From: Octopus vulgaris
Taxonomy: Eukaryota
Direction: 5' to 3'
Assembly: GCA_951406725.2 (NCBI GenBank)
Contig: OX597836.1
Coordinates: 25,234,001 to 25,298,000, forward strand
Length of the DNA: 64,000 nucleotides
Position 1 is the stretch's first letter; every line of letters begins with the position of its first letter. Positions 1-12,260 of this stretch are shown in pieces. The notes under the pieces were generated by a model, which saw nothing but the letters and a program-made list of their open reading frames with translations, was not told the DNA's origin and made no database searches. The position numbers and the translations under genes are program-made.

Positions 1-206
1 CTCCCCGGTTTCTTATTCTTTATATATTCTGCATGACACATTGGCACTTTCCTTGCAGATTCCTGAGATTATCAATGTTTTGTTTTTAACCATTATCATT
101 GTTATTGTTGTTGTTTTTATTATTATTATTCTCATTAATATTAATTAATCATCTCTTAAATTTTTTCACTCACCATTTGTTATTTTCTTTTTTCCATCAA
201 ATGCAG

Positions 207-230
207 AAGCGTAGCAGCGTGGGTATTGAG
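207..230 (+). CDS. Tentative 24-nt microexon of the neurabin-like gene, with a GC donor
   Basis: Polypyrimidine tract then tgcag|AAGCGTAGCAGCGTGGGTATTGAG|gcaagg. 24 nt, open in phase 2-2 (xSVAAWVLx), which matches the phase-2 downstream exons. An alternative GT donor at 223 gives 16 nt. Confidence 0.3.
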
Positions 231-309
231 GCAAGGAGAGGCATTTGCTCATTCCTGGCTGTTTGCATTAAAGGGAGCACCAATCCCCTTTCTTTCTTTC
301 TTTTTTCTT

Positions 310-514
310 TTTTACTTGTTTCAGTCATTTGACTGCGGCCATGCTGGAGCACCGCCTTTAGTCGAGCAGATCGACCCCGGCACTTATTCTTTGTAAGCCC
401 AGTACTTATTCTATCGGTCTCTTTTTGCTGAACCGCTAAGTGACGGGGACATAAACACACCAGCATCGGTTGTCAAGCAATGCTAGGAGAACAAACACAG
501 ACACACAAACATAT

Positions 515-547
<33 letters not shown>

Positions 548-718
548 CATATATACGACGGGCTTCTTTCAGTTTCCGTCTACCAAATCCACTCACAAGG
601 CATTGGTCGGCCCGGGGCTATAGCAGAAGACACTTGCCCAAGGTGCCACGCAGTGGGACTGAACCCGGAACCATGTGGTTGGTAAGCAAGCTACTTACCA
701 CACAGCCACTCCTGCACC
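310..718 (-). mobile_element. tRNA-derived SINE family A (internal TA/CA microsatellite)
   Basis: Head with A box (tggctgtgtggtaag) and B box (gggttcagtccc), ccttgggcaagtg core, tail tgactgaaacaagtaaaa; multi-copy in this window. Confidence 0.9.
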
Positions 719-1522
719 TTCTTGACTTTTCATACCTAATAATTAAGGTGGGGGGGGCCACCAAAAGGATTGTTTGTTTTCCCTGCCTTCTGGTGCCAAG
801 AACCCTTGCTACGCTCCTGCATCAACACCAATTAAAAAAAGAAAATGAAAACAATTTCCAATCGTTATACTTTTGCTGTTGTCACATGACATGAATTGTC
901 TCCCTTGTGATTGTTACCTCCCCTTTTCATATTCTTAATTTAGAAAAGCTTCATAGACGTAGTGAGAGACGCTGCTGTTCTTGATATTGCTGCCCCCTCA
1001 TATTTATTTTTGTTTTTTTTTTCTTGTTTTATTTCTTCCCTTTTTGAACTGCATGATTTGATTGGTTTTATCACACGTTTCTTTCCCTACATTTGCCATG
1101 TAGACAAAATATTTACTTTCCAGCTACATAACACCCAGGATATTCCCACTGCAGAATCTTTGACTGTAATATCTCTGGTTGGAATTTAAGCGTGGAATTC
1201 CATGGACAGCACACACACTTGTGTTTAACATCACTGATTCAGAGACACATTACTGAATCGAAACAGAATCTTAGTCTATTGATAAAATATAGATTGACAA
1301 AAATAAATACCTGATTGAAATTGTATCGAGACGTTGATGTGCTTGGCTAAAATCCCTTAAAATGCTACCCTAGTTAGGTCACAGTCATATGACTGAAACA
1401 AGTGAAAGAGTATCCGTAATTTATTCACACGTTTATGCATATGTACATATGATGTATACCTAATATTGTACATGCAGAAGTGCAGTATTGAGCACTCATT
1501 TTCAATCTTTAACATTTATGTA

Positions 1523-1571
<49 letters not shown>

Positions 1572-1577
<6 letters not shown>

Positions 1578-2002
1578 GTAAAAAGTGAAAAACTACAGAA
1601 GGCTTAAAGGTTAAAATATATATATTTGCGTCAATATGTCTGAAGAATATTAAAAAATTTTTTCTTACAATGACATAATTTAGAAGAAAGACCGGTTTCG
1701 CGTTTAGCTTTTCAAATTTCTTGCGACGTTATGTTTATCTTGAACAGAGTTATCAGATAACAGATAACTCTGTTCAAGATAACAGAGTTATCAGATAACA
1801 GAGTTATCAGATAACAGATAACTCTGTTCAAGATAAACATAACGTCGCAAGAAATTTGAAAAGCTAAACGCGAAACCGGTCTTTCTTCTAAATTATGTCA
1901 TTGTAATAAAAAAATTTTTAATATTCTTCAGACATATTGACGCAAATATATATATTTTTTAACCTTTAAGCCTTCTGTAGTTTTTTCACTTTTTACTATT
2001 TT
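1572..2002. repeat. Fold-back inverted repeat (~180-bp arms) in (TA)n
   Basis: aaaatagtaaaaagtgaaaaactacagaaggc... pairs with ...gccttctgtagttttttcacttttactatttt; nearly perfect. Confidence 0.95.
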
Positions 2003-2041
2003 CTATATACAACCATGTGCTTTCACAAACCAACTTTCTTA

Positions 2042-2085
<44 letters not shown>

Positions 2086-2170
2086 ATCCAAACATGAAAA
2101 CACAACAATGCGAGGATGTAGAACAAGTATAGTATTATTGGACATTCAGGAAAGAAGGAAAGAAGGAGGA

Positions 2171-2203
2171 TTTAACGTTTCGAGTGGAGCTCTTCGTCAG
2201 AAA
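2171..2203 (-). ncRNA. Minimal type-I hammerhead ribozyme motif (Penelope-like)
   Basis: Reverse complement reads TTT CTGACGA A GAG-ctcca-CTC GAAAC GTT AAA: intact core, 3-bp stems I and II, loopless palindromic stem III. Lies in a ~220-bp insert between (TA)n tracts. Confidence 0.7.
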
Positions 2204-2298
2204 CATAGGAAAAGGAAAGATCCAAAGAAGGGAAGACGGAGGAAAGAAAATCGCCAACGGTACACACACGGTCACATTTTGAATGACCAGAAGGGCAT

Positions 2299-2350
<52 letters not shown>

Positions 2351-2564
2351 ATAATATTAGCGTCAAGCAGTATTTAGGCATAATCAAAGTATAGGGTTAG
2401 TTGAGATATGCTTGTGAAATATTTCAATTGTTAAAAGGCAATTTCACTGCAGTTACTGAGGAGAAGATTTTCTCTTATGGTAAAAAGGTGTAAAAACCTC
2501 ATATCTGTCAAGTGTCGCCATCTATCAGGATTCCCATAGATGGCAAAACTTGATAGATATGGTG

Positions 2565-2977
2565 TATTACTGCCATAATTAAATCTCCCCTGTCCTATTA
2601 CTGCCATGATTAAATCTCCCTTGTCCTATTACTGCCATGATTAAATCTCCCTTGTCCTATTACTGCCATGATTAAATCTCTCTTGTCCTATTACTGCCAT
2701 GATTAAATCTCCCTTGTCCTATTACTGCCATGATTAAATCTCCCTTGTCCTATTACTGCCATGATTAAATCTCCCTTGTCCTATTACTGCCATGATTAAA
2801 TCTCCTTTGCCCTATTACTGCCATGATTAAATCTCCCTTGTCCTATTACTGCCATGATTAAATCTCCTTTGCCCTATTACTGCCATGATTAAATCTCCCT
2901 TGTCCTATTACTGCCATGATTAAATCTCCCTTGTCCTATTACTACCATGATTAAATCTCCCTTGTCCTATTACTGCT
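2565..2977. repeat. 31-bp minisatellite, ~13 copies
   Basis: (attactgccatgattaaatctcccttgtcct)n head-to-tail with no spacers. Confidence 0.95.
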
Positions 2978-3110
2978 AGATTTGTGGCTTTCAACCTAAG
3001 ATTATAACTTTAATGTTTTACCAAAGAATGAGTGTTAAGTTTCCCTTGCATCTCATTAGTGCTAAACAGATTCTGTTAATTTCCTCTGGGTCTTTTCAAG
3101 CCCCGTACAG

Positions 3111-3222
3111 TGTGAAAGTGAAGATGCTTCTTTCTACTAGAATACAAAAGCAGAAAGATGAAGCCGTTGCAAGTGAGCCGTGTCAACTGCTTCAGCCAAC
3201 AAATGATGTCATTTCTACTTAA
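3111..3222 (+). CDS. Tentative alternative terminal exon of the neurabin-like gene
   Basis: Acceptor ttttcaagccccgtacag|T in phase 2; reads VKVKMLLSTRIQKQKDEAVASEPCQLLQPTNDVIST* in non-repetitive sequence. No homology evidence. Confidence 0.25.
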
Positions 3223-3336
3223 ACAAATACGTATCATAACATCTGTAGTTTCTAAATAACCATGCAGCTATTGCATCTGTTGATAATCTTCACTAAACTA
3301 TGTCGTTTATTTTTCAGTTTCATTTGTAGTTTAAAT

Positions 3337-3578
3337 CAAGGATCCCCAACTGGGCTCTGGACCAGTAGCTATCTGTAGATAATTTAACCCTTGGCCAAAC
3401 AGAAAGAATAAATTAAAAAATGTTATTTCTATCTTATTTTATTGACTATCACAGTCTGCTGGGTGTTTTGACATTATATATAATGTATTATATATGTAAT
3501 AAATTAAATTATATGTTATGCACTTTGTGTTTTTCTGATGCCCTGGGTCCATGGTGCAGAAATGGTTGGGGATCGCTG
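3337..3578. mobile_element. hAT-type MITE
   Basis: TIRs caaggatccccaac / gttggggatcgctg; 8-bp flanks gtttaaat and ctttaaat. Confidence 0.7.
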
Positions 3579-3802
3579 CTTTAAATGAGATTCTTAGATG
3601 TTCAATTATTTCTTTTACATTGTTGTTGATGCTGTTTTTTCAAGGCTTTGGCCTTGTGTTTGCCTTAATATATCTCAAGTTGTGTATAATGAAAAATGGT
3701 TAATTTTCATTATAAAAGAGCAAATTCTGAACAGTTTAGAATCATTGTATAGTTGCATCCATTTATTAAGCTAATAACAATGATAATAGTAATGATAATT
3801 AG

Positions 3803-4160
3803 AACACTCAGAGAGCACAAACCTCTGCCAAGCCAACACCATTTTCTCAACTATCAACCAGAGATGATTTTTAAAATGAGAATATCTGAAATAAACTTGA
3901 TGGCTCTCACAAATAAGAATACTAAAAATTAATCCAACCACTCTCATAAATTAAGTAAAAAACTGGAAAAATAATCCATAATCCCTGTCTGGTACCCAAT
4001 CGATCCCAAAATCTAATAAAGTCGTGCCAGTGATGAGGCCAAACATCCCTGAAAGTTTAATCTGAATCCATCCAGTGGTTCTTAAGATATCTTGTTCACT
4101 GACAAACAAACAAATGCAACTGAAAATGATACCTCTGCCTTCGCTAAGTCAGAGGTAATA
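3803..4160. mobile_element. Non-autonomous element with subterminal repeats and a terminal hairpin (DINE/HINE-like); second copy at ~26972-27265
   Basis: aacctctgccaag near the left end and acctctgcctt-cgct-aagtcagaggt at the right end; internal sequence shared with the 27-kb copy. Confidence 0.6.
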
Positions 4161-5415
4161 ATAATAATAAATAATGATCTTTTTTATTTGATACAATGGC
4201 CAGTCGCTCATGGCTAAAAAAGTTATACGAGTTACAGAGATATACTTGCATCATCTGTGAAAATTCTTCAGCTGTTTTGAAAACTATGAGCTTGTTGGCG
4301 CGTTATCGATAAATGTGGAATACATAATTTCTTTTGAAATGGTATTTTATGCCAAGTATTTAATACTTGAAATGGTGTAAAGTCCACATAGGTGATGCTA
4401 CGAGTACAGTCTTAGGATAGAACACCTTTGAAAACTATATTGTGATACGTTTGTCTTCTCTTTTGCATTGAGAGTTGTTACATGTTTTTATATTCATGTC
4501 AAGAAGTGAAGAGAAACAATTAGAAAATACAAGTTTACCTCTTCTTTGCCCTTTCATTGTGAAAATGTTATTAAAATCATTGAAAATATATTGAAAGGGG
4601 AAAAAAACGTATATAGGAAATGTGTTTAGCAATGTTAAATATGGAACTACATGCTTTGGTACTGTGCATCTATGTTAGTAATATAGCATAAGCTTCAGTA
4701 AATCTTAATAAATTGTACTTCATACACCTTCAGAAGAAAGTGTGAATGGTTGCACAACAGTTCCTTTAAATGAAGTCTAGGAACTGCTTCACTGTGTAAC
4801 AACAACAAACACACCTCATAACACACACACACATGTGTGCATGTTTGTGATACTTAAAATATTTATTTTCTAGTGAATTGTTGTGCAAATAATATAAATA
4901 ACATGTCTGTAATAGATTATGTCATTGATTGTGTTCCATACTTTGTCAGTTGATTGTTTTACATGTATATGTTGTATGTGCTGTAGATTATGTCTTTCAT
5001 TTTATTATTTGTCTTACAAATAATATAAACGTTGTGTCTCCATAAAAGATTGTTACTTCATTTTCATTCCATAGTTAACTGTTGTGTGTGTTGACTGTGG
5101 TAAAAGAATAATGCTGACTAAAGATTGATAAATAAACACAGAAACCACAAAATAATTATTTCCATGTTGTTGATGACAGCAGCGATGGCTTTGTCTGGAA
5201 TCCAAGAATTTAGTATCTTCTTTGTGTCCCTTATTCCTTTATGGTGATGCCATTGACGACTCTGTAGACCAATTCCTGCATAGAAGAGTCGATGGCATTG
5301 ACTACATGGCAATGTTGGTGGAGGATGAGGCTTATTTTGTCAAGCCATTCTCTCTTGTCATTTGATTTCTTCCTTTTCTCTTCTAGTGGTTTCGAAGATT
5401 GACTTGCTTCCATCT

Positions 5416-5457
5416 GACTTAGTTTCATAGGCTTGTAGGATGAACCCATCTCATCAG
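5416..5457 (-). ncRNA. Hammerhead ribozyme core with disrupted stem I
   Basis: Reverse complement reads CTGATGA G ATGGGTT-catcctaca-AGCCTAT GAAAC TAA GTC. Stem II pairs (with G-U), but the flanks do not form stem I. Confidence 0.5.
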
Positions 5458-6701
5458 GCATCTAGAGAAGAGTGATAGCATTTCAGCAAGTTTATTCTCC
5501 CTATATATATTAATTAAGTAAACGAGAAGATGGATTTGGTATTAAACTTAATTCTGTACAATGTTCATTTCGACATGCCTAGACACATGTTTCCACAGCA
5601 AGAAACTCATATATAGCTCATATCTTTATACAGTGTACATTAAATGGTATATAAATCCATCCATAACTACCACTTCTGAATATGTCCAGGCGGCATATAC
5701 CAGGCTTTTGCTAATTGTTTTAGATGCCTGTTTAGTTGCTAATAGTTACAGACACCCTTTCTGTCCTTGCAGCCCTCAACCCAGTAGAATGCTGAGGATG
5801 CAACATCTGTTTCTCTCTCTCTCTCTACTACATATTCTCTCTTACATATCTTTCTCTCTTTCTTTTACTCTTGAACAGTTTCAGGAATTGTCTGGATAAG
5901 AAACCATTTGGGTATAATATCCTTATCATTTGATTCACCAACCTTCTCTTTCCTTCTCTCTCCCTGCATGTTGTTATATAGAACTTGACTTCAGTCTCTT
6001 CCTCTCCAATTTAGAATTTCACAAGACATTCCTATAAATCAGCCTGTGTCTCATTCCAGTCATTGAACACACAGCTTATTTAGTCGCTTCCCTCTCACTT
6101 TCTTTTTTCCTGTTCCTCACCATTTTTATGAATTTTCTGTGAATTGATAATTTCACATTGAATTCTGTTGTTGCCAAAATTTAGTGAAGCTTTGCTAAGC
6201 ACTCATTGTAGACGTTTTTGCTCTTCTTAGAACCCCTTAGTCCAAAGAATTCCCTGTCGGTCCCTCCCACTAATTCCTCTCCCTTAGTTCTGTAGACAAC
6301 CATTGGCGTCGATTGACTTGTTTTTGAATAGGTTATGTGTGAATATTGATAATAAAGTGGATTACTGGGGGATTACTGATACCTTGTGGTATTGAGTTAT
6401 GTCTGTTTATGTCTTGAGTGCAAACCTGGATAGAACTGACTTGTTTTTAGATTTGGTACCAGTCATACTCTGTGGTTAATATTGCTATATTATTTTTCTT
6501 ACTAAATTTGTTGGAAGTAATAAATATTTCTTCCTCCCTCTCTCCTCCCACTGTCTCTCTTCTCTCCTCCTCCTCCCCTCTCTTTTCCTATCTGTGTCCT
6601 TTCCCTTTGTCCGTCTCTGCCTCTATTTCCTCCCTTTCACATTATATATATATATATATATATATCTATATCTATATATATATATATATATATTTATATA
6701 C

Positions 6702-6940
6702 ATTTTGTTGTGTCTGGGGAGGGTCACTTTTTTTTTGTACCTTATAACTTAACACACTCACTGGTAAAATTTCCACTTATTTCTTATTTTTATTTTCCTA
6801 AAATTTTCAGACTATTGAAAAAGTTGCAAAACGCAACGAAAATTTTAGAAAAATAAAAATAAGAAATAAGTGGAAATTTTACTGGTGTGTTAAGTTATAA
6901 GGTACAAAAAGAAAATGACCCTCCCCAGACACAACAGAAT
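6702..6940. repeat. Fold-back inverted repeat (~105-bp arms) in (TA)n
   Basis: gttgtgtctggggagggtca...aaaattttc pairs with gaaaatttt...tgaccctccccagacacaac. Confidence 0.9.
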
Positions 6941-6996
6941 ATGCTTCAACACACGAACTCATATAAAGAATCTTGCAAACCAAATCCGAAAAAGAA

Positions 6997-7031
<35 letters not shown>

Positions 7032-7164
7032 TGTATATACACACACACATGTATATACACACACACACGTATATATATATACACACACACATGCACATGT
7101 ATATTCACATATATATACATAAAAATACACACACACACACACACATATATATATACATACATAT

Positions 7165-7520
7165 AATTCAAAATGAGCAACAAGGATATCCAGAGGTAAT
7201 GCAGTACGATCGTTTCAAGCAACTCCATTTAATTGAACAATGCAACCATTACATCAGTTTAAATGCAGAGCAATCCTCAGCTAAAATCTCCGGAGATTTT
7301 AGGTAAAATTATACTAATGTGTTCATCTACTTTAATTTAATTTAATTCTATGTATTTATGCAGCTGAGGATTGCTCTGCATTTAAACTGATGTAATAATT
7401 GCATGTCCCACCCATGCTAGCATGGAAAGCGGACGTTAAACGATGATGATGAATTAAATGGAGTTGCTTGAAACGATCGTACTGCATTACCTCTGGATAT
7501 CCTTGTTGCTTATTTTGATT
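7165..7520. repeat. Fold-back inverted repeat with hammerhead-bearing arms
   Basis: caaaatgagcaacaaggatatccagaggtaatgcagtacgatcg pairs with cgatcgtactgcattacctctggatatccttgttgcttattttg. A related single arm lies at ~62698-62808. Confidence 0.9.
7358..7487 (+). ncRNA. Type-I hammerhead ribozyme motif with long stem II
   Basis: ATGCAG CTGAGGA ...GAAAC GATC GTA CTGCAT: 6-bp stem I and palindromic stem III ACGATCGT. The stem II loop carries a ~45-bp (GAT)n-tailed repeat fragment. Confidence 0.7.
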
Positions 7521-7653
7521 TTAATCACCTTATTTTAAAATTGTATGGATAATACCATACTAAATTGTGGTGTCTCAACTTAAGTACAATATTCATCCAA
7601 ATCTAAATTTTTGCTATGCATACATATATATATATAAACGCATACACACACAC

Positions 7654-7686
<33 letters not shown>

Positions 7687-7725
7687 CATACATATACATA
7701 CATATACATACATATACATACATAC

Positions 7726-7774
<49 letters not shown>

Positions 7775-9481
7775 CACACACACACACACATATGCATACA
7801 CACAGACATACAAACACATATATGTATATAGCATTGATATTATAATAGTATGCATATAGGTCTGTTTATGATTAGTGCCAAACACCTATTGTGTAGTTGA
7901 ACGTTATGTGAACAGAAGTTCATACCTGTTCCTACCTGAACTGTCTTGTTGCTCTTGTCTCCAAAAAAATCAATAATGATCTATTTATTTCATATTTCCA
8001 ATTTTACTATTAACAATTTTCGTTGCATTTAACATTTAAGTATTTTTATTGTTCAGATTAATATGACTTGTTTCTTTTAGTACAATATTTAACAATTTTC
8101 TTTTACGTTTTAAACTATCTCAAACAATATTAAAATAATTTTTTTTAATGCTTGAAACTTGCTGTGATATATTGTCATTGATTTTGTTTCTTTACATGGG
8201 TGAATAAACCCTTTATTGCTTACGATTTTATGAGATGTGTGTGTATATGTTTGTGTATTTAGTTTTCCCTCCATGCACAGAAAAATAAAAATGGACACCT
8301 TCCTAACATGTCTTGACTTGTCTCTGATGGCAAAACTTTCTGTGCTGAAAAAAACTAAATATATTTACTTTAGTTCGTATTTCCAAAGCAAGCAATCTTT
8401 ACTTTATCATAGATATATCTCCATTACACTTTGCAACACGATTTTTGTCCTTGGGCAGCAACTGTTCTTTCCTATTTGTTTACCCTTAGAAAGTATGACA
8501 AATGGCTAATATTTCCTTCACACTTTGCTTTCAGTTACATTTATTCAAGCTCTCCCCACCCCCACAATCCCTCTCAACACATGGCTATGATGCTCCCCAA
8601 CTACTACTCCTCACGATCAGAGATGCACATATCGTCAGCCACTGAAGGACAAGTGGTTTTAAGTCAAGCAACTGACAAGCAAATCTGTGATATTTGCTAT
8701 AATATTCCTGAACAACTCTGCTGCATCTGTCTGTTAAGGAAAATAGGCCAGTTTCAAAATATTGATATTCAGGTCACAGAAACAAAGTTTGAAGATAAAT
8801 AGTAGTAATTTCGTTTGATTTCTAGAAAGAAGCAAACAGGAAATAACACTTACCAAAGACAATAAAAAGTTTGAATTTTGTGTTCACAGGGTTCTTTTTG
8901 ATTCAGATTTTCTGATAAGTATATTCTGTGCTGTGTATAAATACGATATATATATAAGCTGAATAAGAATGTTTCTGTCTATCTGTATTCTACTTGAAAT
9001 GTTTTATTGTGTGTGTGTTGTGTAAAGTAAATGAGGATGTCACTTTGTCTCTGTTCTATTTTGACAATGGTTTCTTATTTTTATTTTTGTATCGAAACAG
9101 CAATTTTGTGTCTCATGGTGATCCTTTCATGATTCCTAAAATTCCACCATTCTTAGGGAGTCGATACTTTTTGTCTTTTTGGCAAAACAAAAACTTGGCT
9201 CTCAGACCAATCACTGTGTTATTATGCATGTGTGAGTGTGTGTGGGGGGATAAGGAGGGGTGCATGGTGGCCTTGTGGTTGGGGCGTTGCTCTCAAACTC
9301 GTGAAGTCATCCTTTCAATTCCCAGACTGGCCAATCCATTGTGTTCTTGAGCAAAACACTTCATTTCATGTTCATGATCATTTTGGCATCTGCCATGTTG
9401 TGTACCATACACCTGTACAGGTAATATTGGTTTGGAGACAGTAAGCTAATCTAAAGCATTAACATATGATCACTCTACAAC

Positions 9482-10065
9482 CAGTGTCTCTCAACCCTTT
9501 TTCATGTATGGCCCTCTTTGGTTCCTATTTGATTCTATTAGACCCTCATATCCTTTAAACGTCTAAAAAAATCTTATGTTTTCATAATTATCATATTAGG
9601 ATAAAGGACTAAGATACCTGGCACCAAAAAGACCCATACTCCACAGCAAAAGTGCAAATCCCCCCCTCTCCGGAGGTGGGGGAAGAGGATTAGCCTTCAA
9701 GAGTCTTGTGCCAGTGGCACACAAAAAGCACTCGACTCATACTGGTGCCACATAAAAGCACCGAGTACATTCTGTGAAGTGGTTGGCATTAGGAAAAGCA
9801 TCCAGCCACAGGAACCATGTCAGATCAGACTGGGGCCTGGTGCAGCTCCCTGGCTTGCCGGCTCTGGTCAAACCATCCAGCCTATGGACAATAGATATTA
9901 AATAATGATGATGATGATGATGATTAAGAGTTATATTTTTTTTAAATTGGGAAAATTTTTTGTGCCTTGTAGAAATCTAACCAATTTATTGCGCCTGAAT
10001 TTTAACAAAAGCAAAATCGTATACAGAGCCCCTAGGGTCACGTGGACCCTCGTTGCGAAACACTG
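9482..10065. mobile_element. hAT-type MITE with nested retroposon fragment; related copy at 33309-33565
   Basis: TIRs cagtgtctctcaac / gttgcgaaacactg. Confidence 0.65.
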
Positions 10066-10154
10066 GTCTAAACAAATCATCTGTACAGGCTACTCAGCAA
10101 GAAATTCCACAACCCTCACCGGTCATCTGCAACACAGGAGTCCACCATGCATGT

Positions 10155-10185
<31 letters not shown>

Positions 10186-10655
10186 AGGATACATATGCAC
10201 AATTTTTGCTGCCAAATATTCTTGCCCTTACTTGCTCACCATAAATTTCAACCTAATTTTTCCCTCTAGTGACACCAAGTACCAATATCTACCAATGTCA
10301 AGGTTTTAAAGATGCAGTCTTCACCTTCCACATCTTTTCCTCTTATGAATCATCTCTGCCTCATCAACAAATCATTTTTAATCCTGTTTCTTTTTCCTGT
10401 CAGCTTTTTTATATTTCTTTTATTATTATCATTATTATATGTATTTTTTTTTTATATATTGTCTTTAATTTATTATATTTTATTTGTTGCTCAGTTGAAA
10501 TCTTTTTCTTTTTTTATTTTTGTTCCCTTGTGTTTTGTGTATGTTTTCTTATTTTATTCAGTAAGAATAATAAAAAAAAAAGTCTTAAAAAATTCCAAAA
10601 TATTTACTGTCGCTTCATCTGTTTATTTTATTCCATTTTCCCTGTCCATATCCAG

Positions 10656-11276
10656 TGATAGCACTGTCAGGAAATGTGATTCCAAGAGATGGAAAAATCG
10701 CCAACAATCAGACACTGCACCTATTGACCCTTCCTCTAACTCCCCTGGTGGCACACCTTGCCCAGTTGTCAGCTCAGCCGATTCTAGTGTTACAATGACA
10801 ACAACCATTAATACTACAGCCACCACCACCACCACCTCTACAACCAGCACTGCTACCACTACCACCAATACCACTGCCATCACCGCTACCACCAATACCA
10901 CTGCCACTGCTGCTACCACTGCTTCTGCCACCACCACCACTACCACCACCACAGCTTCTGATGCCACCTCTTCAAGTTCCTCTGTAAATGTCGCTTGTAA
11001 TCAGAACCCTTTTACTTCCTTACCTGAAGTCGTAACAGTGAGTGAGTCCTTGACCAAGGTAGCCGTGCCCATCCCTGAGATTCAGTTGAACAGTGTCACT
11101 GTAGCTGTCACATCGCCCTCTTGGACTGTCCAGGATCCAGTCGTGAGTGCAGACGATGAGAAAGCTACTTTGCTTCCCTCCCCCACCTGTTCACTCCCGG
11201 CCTCACCTACCAGCCTCTCTTCGGACACCAGCCTCCCCACAGAACCCAACAGCACAGCTGACCCAAACCTCTTCAG
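10656..11276 (+). CDS. Neurabin-like gene internal exon, Thr/Ser/Pro-rich and low complexity
   Basis: Acceptor ttttccctgtccatatccag|T, donor TTCAG|gtaggc. 621 nt, phase 2-2, open throughout (DSTVRKCDSKRWK...DPNLF), with GC content raised over the flanks. Confidence 0.8.
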
Positions 11277-12260
11277 GTAGGCTTCATAGATTTCTGTCAT
11301 CAATTTCATCTGGATAGCCATTGTCCAAACTGAATGCTGGACAGAACTTGGTTCCTGCTAACAAATTAAATAACAGCTGAAAACACCCACCACTCCCCAC
11401 TCTCTCTCTCTCTCTCTCACTCCTTCTTTGCATCAAAAGTGAGTTGTTATCTAACCAAATTTTCTCTCGTCCTGCATGATACCTGCATTGTTATAAAATG
11501 TTTGCATTGTGTGTGTTTATTGTTTCATTATTCCTTCAATAATAATAATAATAATGGTTTGAAATATTAGCACAAGGCCAAGGAATTTCGGGGTTCAGGT
11601 TTAATTGATTATATCAACCTTAATACTTGGCTAGAATTTTATTTTATTGACCCTTGAAAGGATGTAAAGTAAGGTTAACTTTGATAGGATTTTAAAACTC
11701 AGAATGTAAAGAGCTGGATGAAATGCTGCCAAGCATTTTGTCAGACATGTTAACCCTCTCAGACCTGGGCCCTTGTGCCTAACTTTACCCTCCACTTCGG
11801 CCCCTAAGCAAAAAAAATAAATAAATACAGTAATGCTTCGATGTATGAGTTAATATGTTCCTCGACACTGCTTGTAAAGTAAAAACTCATAAAGCAGAGC
11901 AATAATTTCTCATAGTAGCGATGAAATTTTATGCCATCGTTTTACTCCGTTGTTGTGTAGATGTGTCAGAACTAGTGTTGCCACATGTTGTGATGTTGCC
12001 ACACACAAAATGGCTGTTTAACCTTTTTATATGTATTATAAAATTAAACTTTTAAATACATAAATTAGGTCTGGACTAGAACTTACATGAAAATGTAAAA
12101 GGGAAGAAATTTTTATAGAAAAAAACTGCTTGTGGTGTTAAACTATGGACCTGTATGTTTTGAGTTCAAATTCCATTCAGGTCTGTTTTTCTCTTTTCCT
12201 CCTTCCTGGGGTGGGGGAGGGGGGGCGTCAATAAATAAAACAAAAAGCAGTCAGTCAATT

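Noticed and set aside
470-685. Recurrent ...EDTCPRCHAVGLNPEP ORFs as a cytochrome-c-like CxxCH gene family
   Set aside because: Antisense translation of SINE family A.
2565-2977. 31-bp repeat array as CRISPR
   Set aside because: Units are contiguous with no unique spacers, there are no cas genes, and the context is eukaryotic.
6879-7885. [12 protein letters not shown] ORFs here and at ~18.3, 35.2, 47.2 and 62.8 kb
   Set aside because: Translations of TA/CA microsatellites that lack stop codons.
10312-10655. Hydrophobic N-terminus of the 322-aa ORF as a membrane mucin
   Set aside because: T-rich intron sequence upstream of the splice acceptor at 10655.
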